DNA of 64,000 nucleotides from Halarcobacter sp. (lineage in GTDB: Bacteria > Campylobacterota > Campylobacteria > Campylobacterales > Arcobacteraceae). The DNA lies in the NCBI GenBank assembly GCA_048571215.1, contig CP182352.1, positions 864,001-928,000 on the forward strand, read 5' to 3'. Shown here piece after piece: positions 62,392 to 64,000 of the stretch; position 1 is the stretch's first letter, and each line of letters begins with the position of its first letter. The notes beneath the pieces were generated by a model. The model did not search any database. It was not told the DNA's origin and saw only the letters and a list, made by a program, of their open reading frames with translations. Made by a program: the position numbers and the translations under genes.

Positions 62392-62787
62392 AAAAATTAA
62401 AATCAATAGACAAGGGTGTATTATTTATGCTTTTAAGTGCTTTACTTGGAGCACTAAATGGAGCAACTGCAAAATTTCTATCTGAGAGTATGAATCCCCT
62501 TGAAATAGTATTCTATAGAAATTTATTAGGTTTTATTATTATCCTAATTAGTTTAAGAAAATCCCATATATCTATTGATACTTTAAAGGTACATCTACTA
62601 TTTCTAAGGGGACTTTTTGGAGCATTGGCTATGGTGTTGTTTTTTTATACCATTGCAACTATCCCCTTTTGCAATAGGTTTTGGTGTGATGTTAGGTGAT
62701 TTATTTCCTGATATCTATACTTTTATTGGTATTGTTTTTATTATGATAGGTGGTATTTTAGTTAGTAAGAAGAGTAAACTTAAATAA
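62392..62787 (+). pseudogene. Internally deleted DMT transporter remnant
   Basis: 62392-62665 matches 59550-59823 (7 differences in 274 bp). It joins out of frame to a diverged C-terminus IPFAIGFGVMLGD...VSKKSKLK*. Confidence 0.85.
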
Positions 62788-62893
62788 GATAATTTTTTTT
62801 AAAAAATAATTAAAAAAAATAAACAAAAATTTATCTGCTTATATTTTAATTTTTAGGATATACTGTATCAAGAATATAAATAAAGGAGATGCA

Positions 62894-62995
62894 ATGGCAA
62901 AGGGTAAAGATATACAAAAATCAGTAAAAACAGCACCTGCAAAGTCTATGAAAGAAAAAAGAGCAGAAAAAAAAGCTAAAAAAGCTTCAAAATAG
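62894..62995 (+). CDS. 33-aa lysine-rich small protein, absent from ORF track
   Basis: AAGGAG RBS then MAKGKDIQKSVKTAPAKSMKEKRAEKKAKKASK*. Confidence 0.7.
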   Translation: MAKGKDIQKSVKTAPAKSMKEKRAEKKAKKASK

Positions 62996-63153
62996 TCTAT
63001 TATTTATTTAATTTTAAAATTGATTATTTAGATATTTGTAAAAAATAAATTTTTATAGATAATTTTTTTCATATTTAAGGGTGCTTGGTATAGAATGTCA
63101 TATAAATAAATATTCATTCTTTATTGATAATAATTTTTAGGAGCCCCTTAATA

Positions 63154-64000
63154 ATGAAAGAAGATAAAGCTAGTTCTACTGCTTATACTGTTTTACATGG
63201 AATTTTGCATACAATAAAAAATCCAAAATTGAATCATTTAGTTGATAAAGAAACATCTGAAGCATGTATTAAAATACTTAGTGCGACTTCCCAAGGGCAA
63301 AAGTGTCTCGATGAGTTAGAAAATCCAATTAAAAGTAAAATACTTCCTTTTTTAGAGTGGTTATTAATGCCAGGAATTACCCTAAATTATATATTAAGAA
63401 AAAAATTTATAGAAGAAAAAGTTCTTGAAGCTATTGAAAATGGGATAACACAAGTTGTTAATATTGGAGCTGGATTTGATACTTTAGCCTGGAGACTTAG
63501 CAAAAGGTTTCCCTCTGTAAACTTCATTGAAATCGACCATCCAGCTACGAGCAAAGATAAAACTAAAGCTCTTAACGCTTCAGATTCTATATTATCAAAT
63601 CTTCATTTTATTGCAGCAGATCTTAGTAAAGTATCATTAGATGATACACTAACAGAGTGTAAAGGATTTGATTCTAAACTTAAAACACTGTATATCAGTG
63701 AAGGTGTATTGATGTATCTTGATGAGATTCATGTAAGTGGATTATTTGATTCTCTTAGAAAACTTACTGGCAAAGATAGTATTTTTATTTTTAGTTGTAT
63801 GGAACCCCATGAAAGTAGTAAGAATAATATTCGAATACTGCTACATCTTTATCTTAAACTTAAAAATGAAAGCTATCTTTGGTATAAACGTGATACTCAA
63901 TTACCTAGTTTTATTAAAAAACATAACTATACTCTTTTAGAGATGGCAGATAGTGAAGTTTATCGAAAAAAATATCTTCCAGAAGATTATAATGGAACCC
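63154..64000 (+). CDS. LCM-family class I SAM-dependent methyltransferase (3' end outside window)
   Basis: Open to the window end; QVVNIGAGFDT, FIEIDHP and ISEGVLMYL; AGGAG RBS. Confidence 0.85.
   Translation, partial: MKEDKASSTAYTVLHGILHTIKNPKLNHLVDKETSEACIKILSATSQGQKCLDELENPIKSKILPFLEWLLMPGITLNYILRKKFIEEKVLEAIENGITQVVNIGAGFDTLAWRLSKRFPSVNFIEIDHPATSKDKTKALNASDSILSNLHFIAADLSKVSLDDTLTECKGFDSKLKTLYISEGVLMYLDEIHVSGLFDSLRKLTGKDSIFIFSCMEPHESSKNNIRILLHLYLKLKNESYLWYKRDTQLPSFIKKHNYTLLEMADSEVYRKKYLPEDYNGT

Noticed and set aside
62349..62699. 116-aa ORF as a functional transporter
   Set aside because: N-terminus comes from intergenic hairpin sequence; the rest is a truncated DMT duplicate.
63120..63142. 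Fur-box-like TTGATAATAATTTTTA
   Set aside because: Only a half match in very AT-rich DNA; cannot be separated from chance.
63737..63940. 67-aa ORF
   Set aside because: Alternative frame inside the LCM methyltransferase that runs off the window.

Overview
AT-rich Campylobacterota (Arcobacteraceae-like) chromosomal window with four zones. (1) 1-7097: right end of a decayed genomic island with a TPR-repeat gene whose stop codon was hit by an IS256 (8-bp TSD), a NERD nuclease-SF1 helicase, a dead tyrosine integrase and a probable att remnant. (2) 7092-31072: core-like genes (GH3, GGDEF, YqeY, ABC-F, aminotransferase, nadB, nhaD, MCP, guaA) plus a four-gene FecR/TbpB-like + Slam-like + CHASE2 adenylate cyclase + PDE-II/GAF/HD-GYP cluster. 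(3) 31239-42232: a chromosomal integron downstream of guaA with intact intI, attI and five cassettes whose boundaries follow from R'/R'' complementarity, then a second integrase-less attI-like platform and a decayed cassette array. (4) 42295-64000: accessory genes with several pseudogenes. The most striking signal is a 181-bp ORF-less, almost attC-only mini-cassette in two copies (180/181 identical). Its excised bottom-strand circle is predicted to be almost fully base-paired, three-armed and capped by three cGNAg DNA triloops. All calls come from reading the sequence and recalling family motifs; no searches were run. No rRNA, tRNA or CRISPR array was seen.
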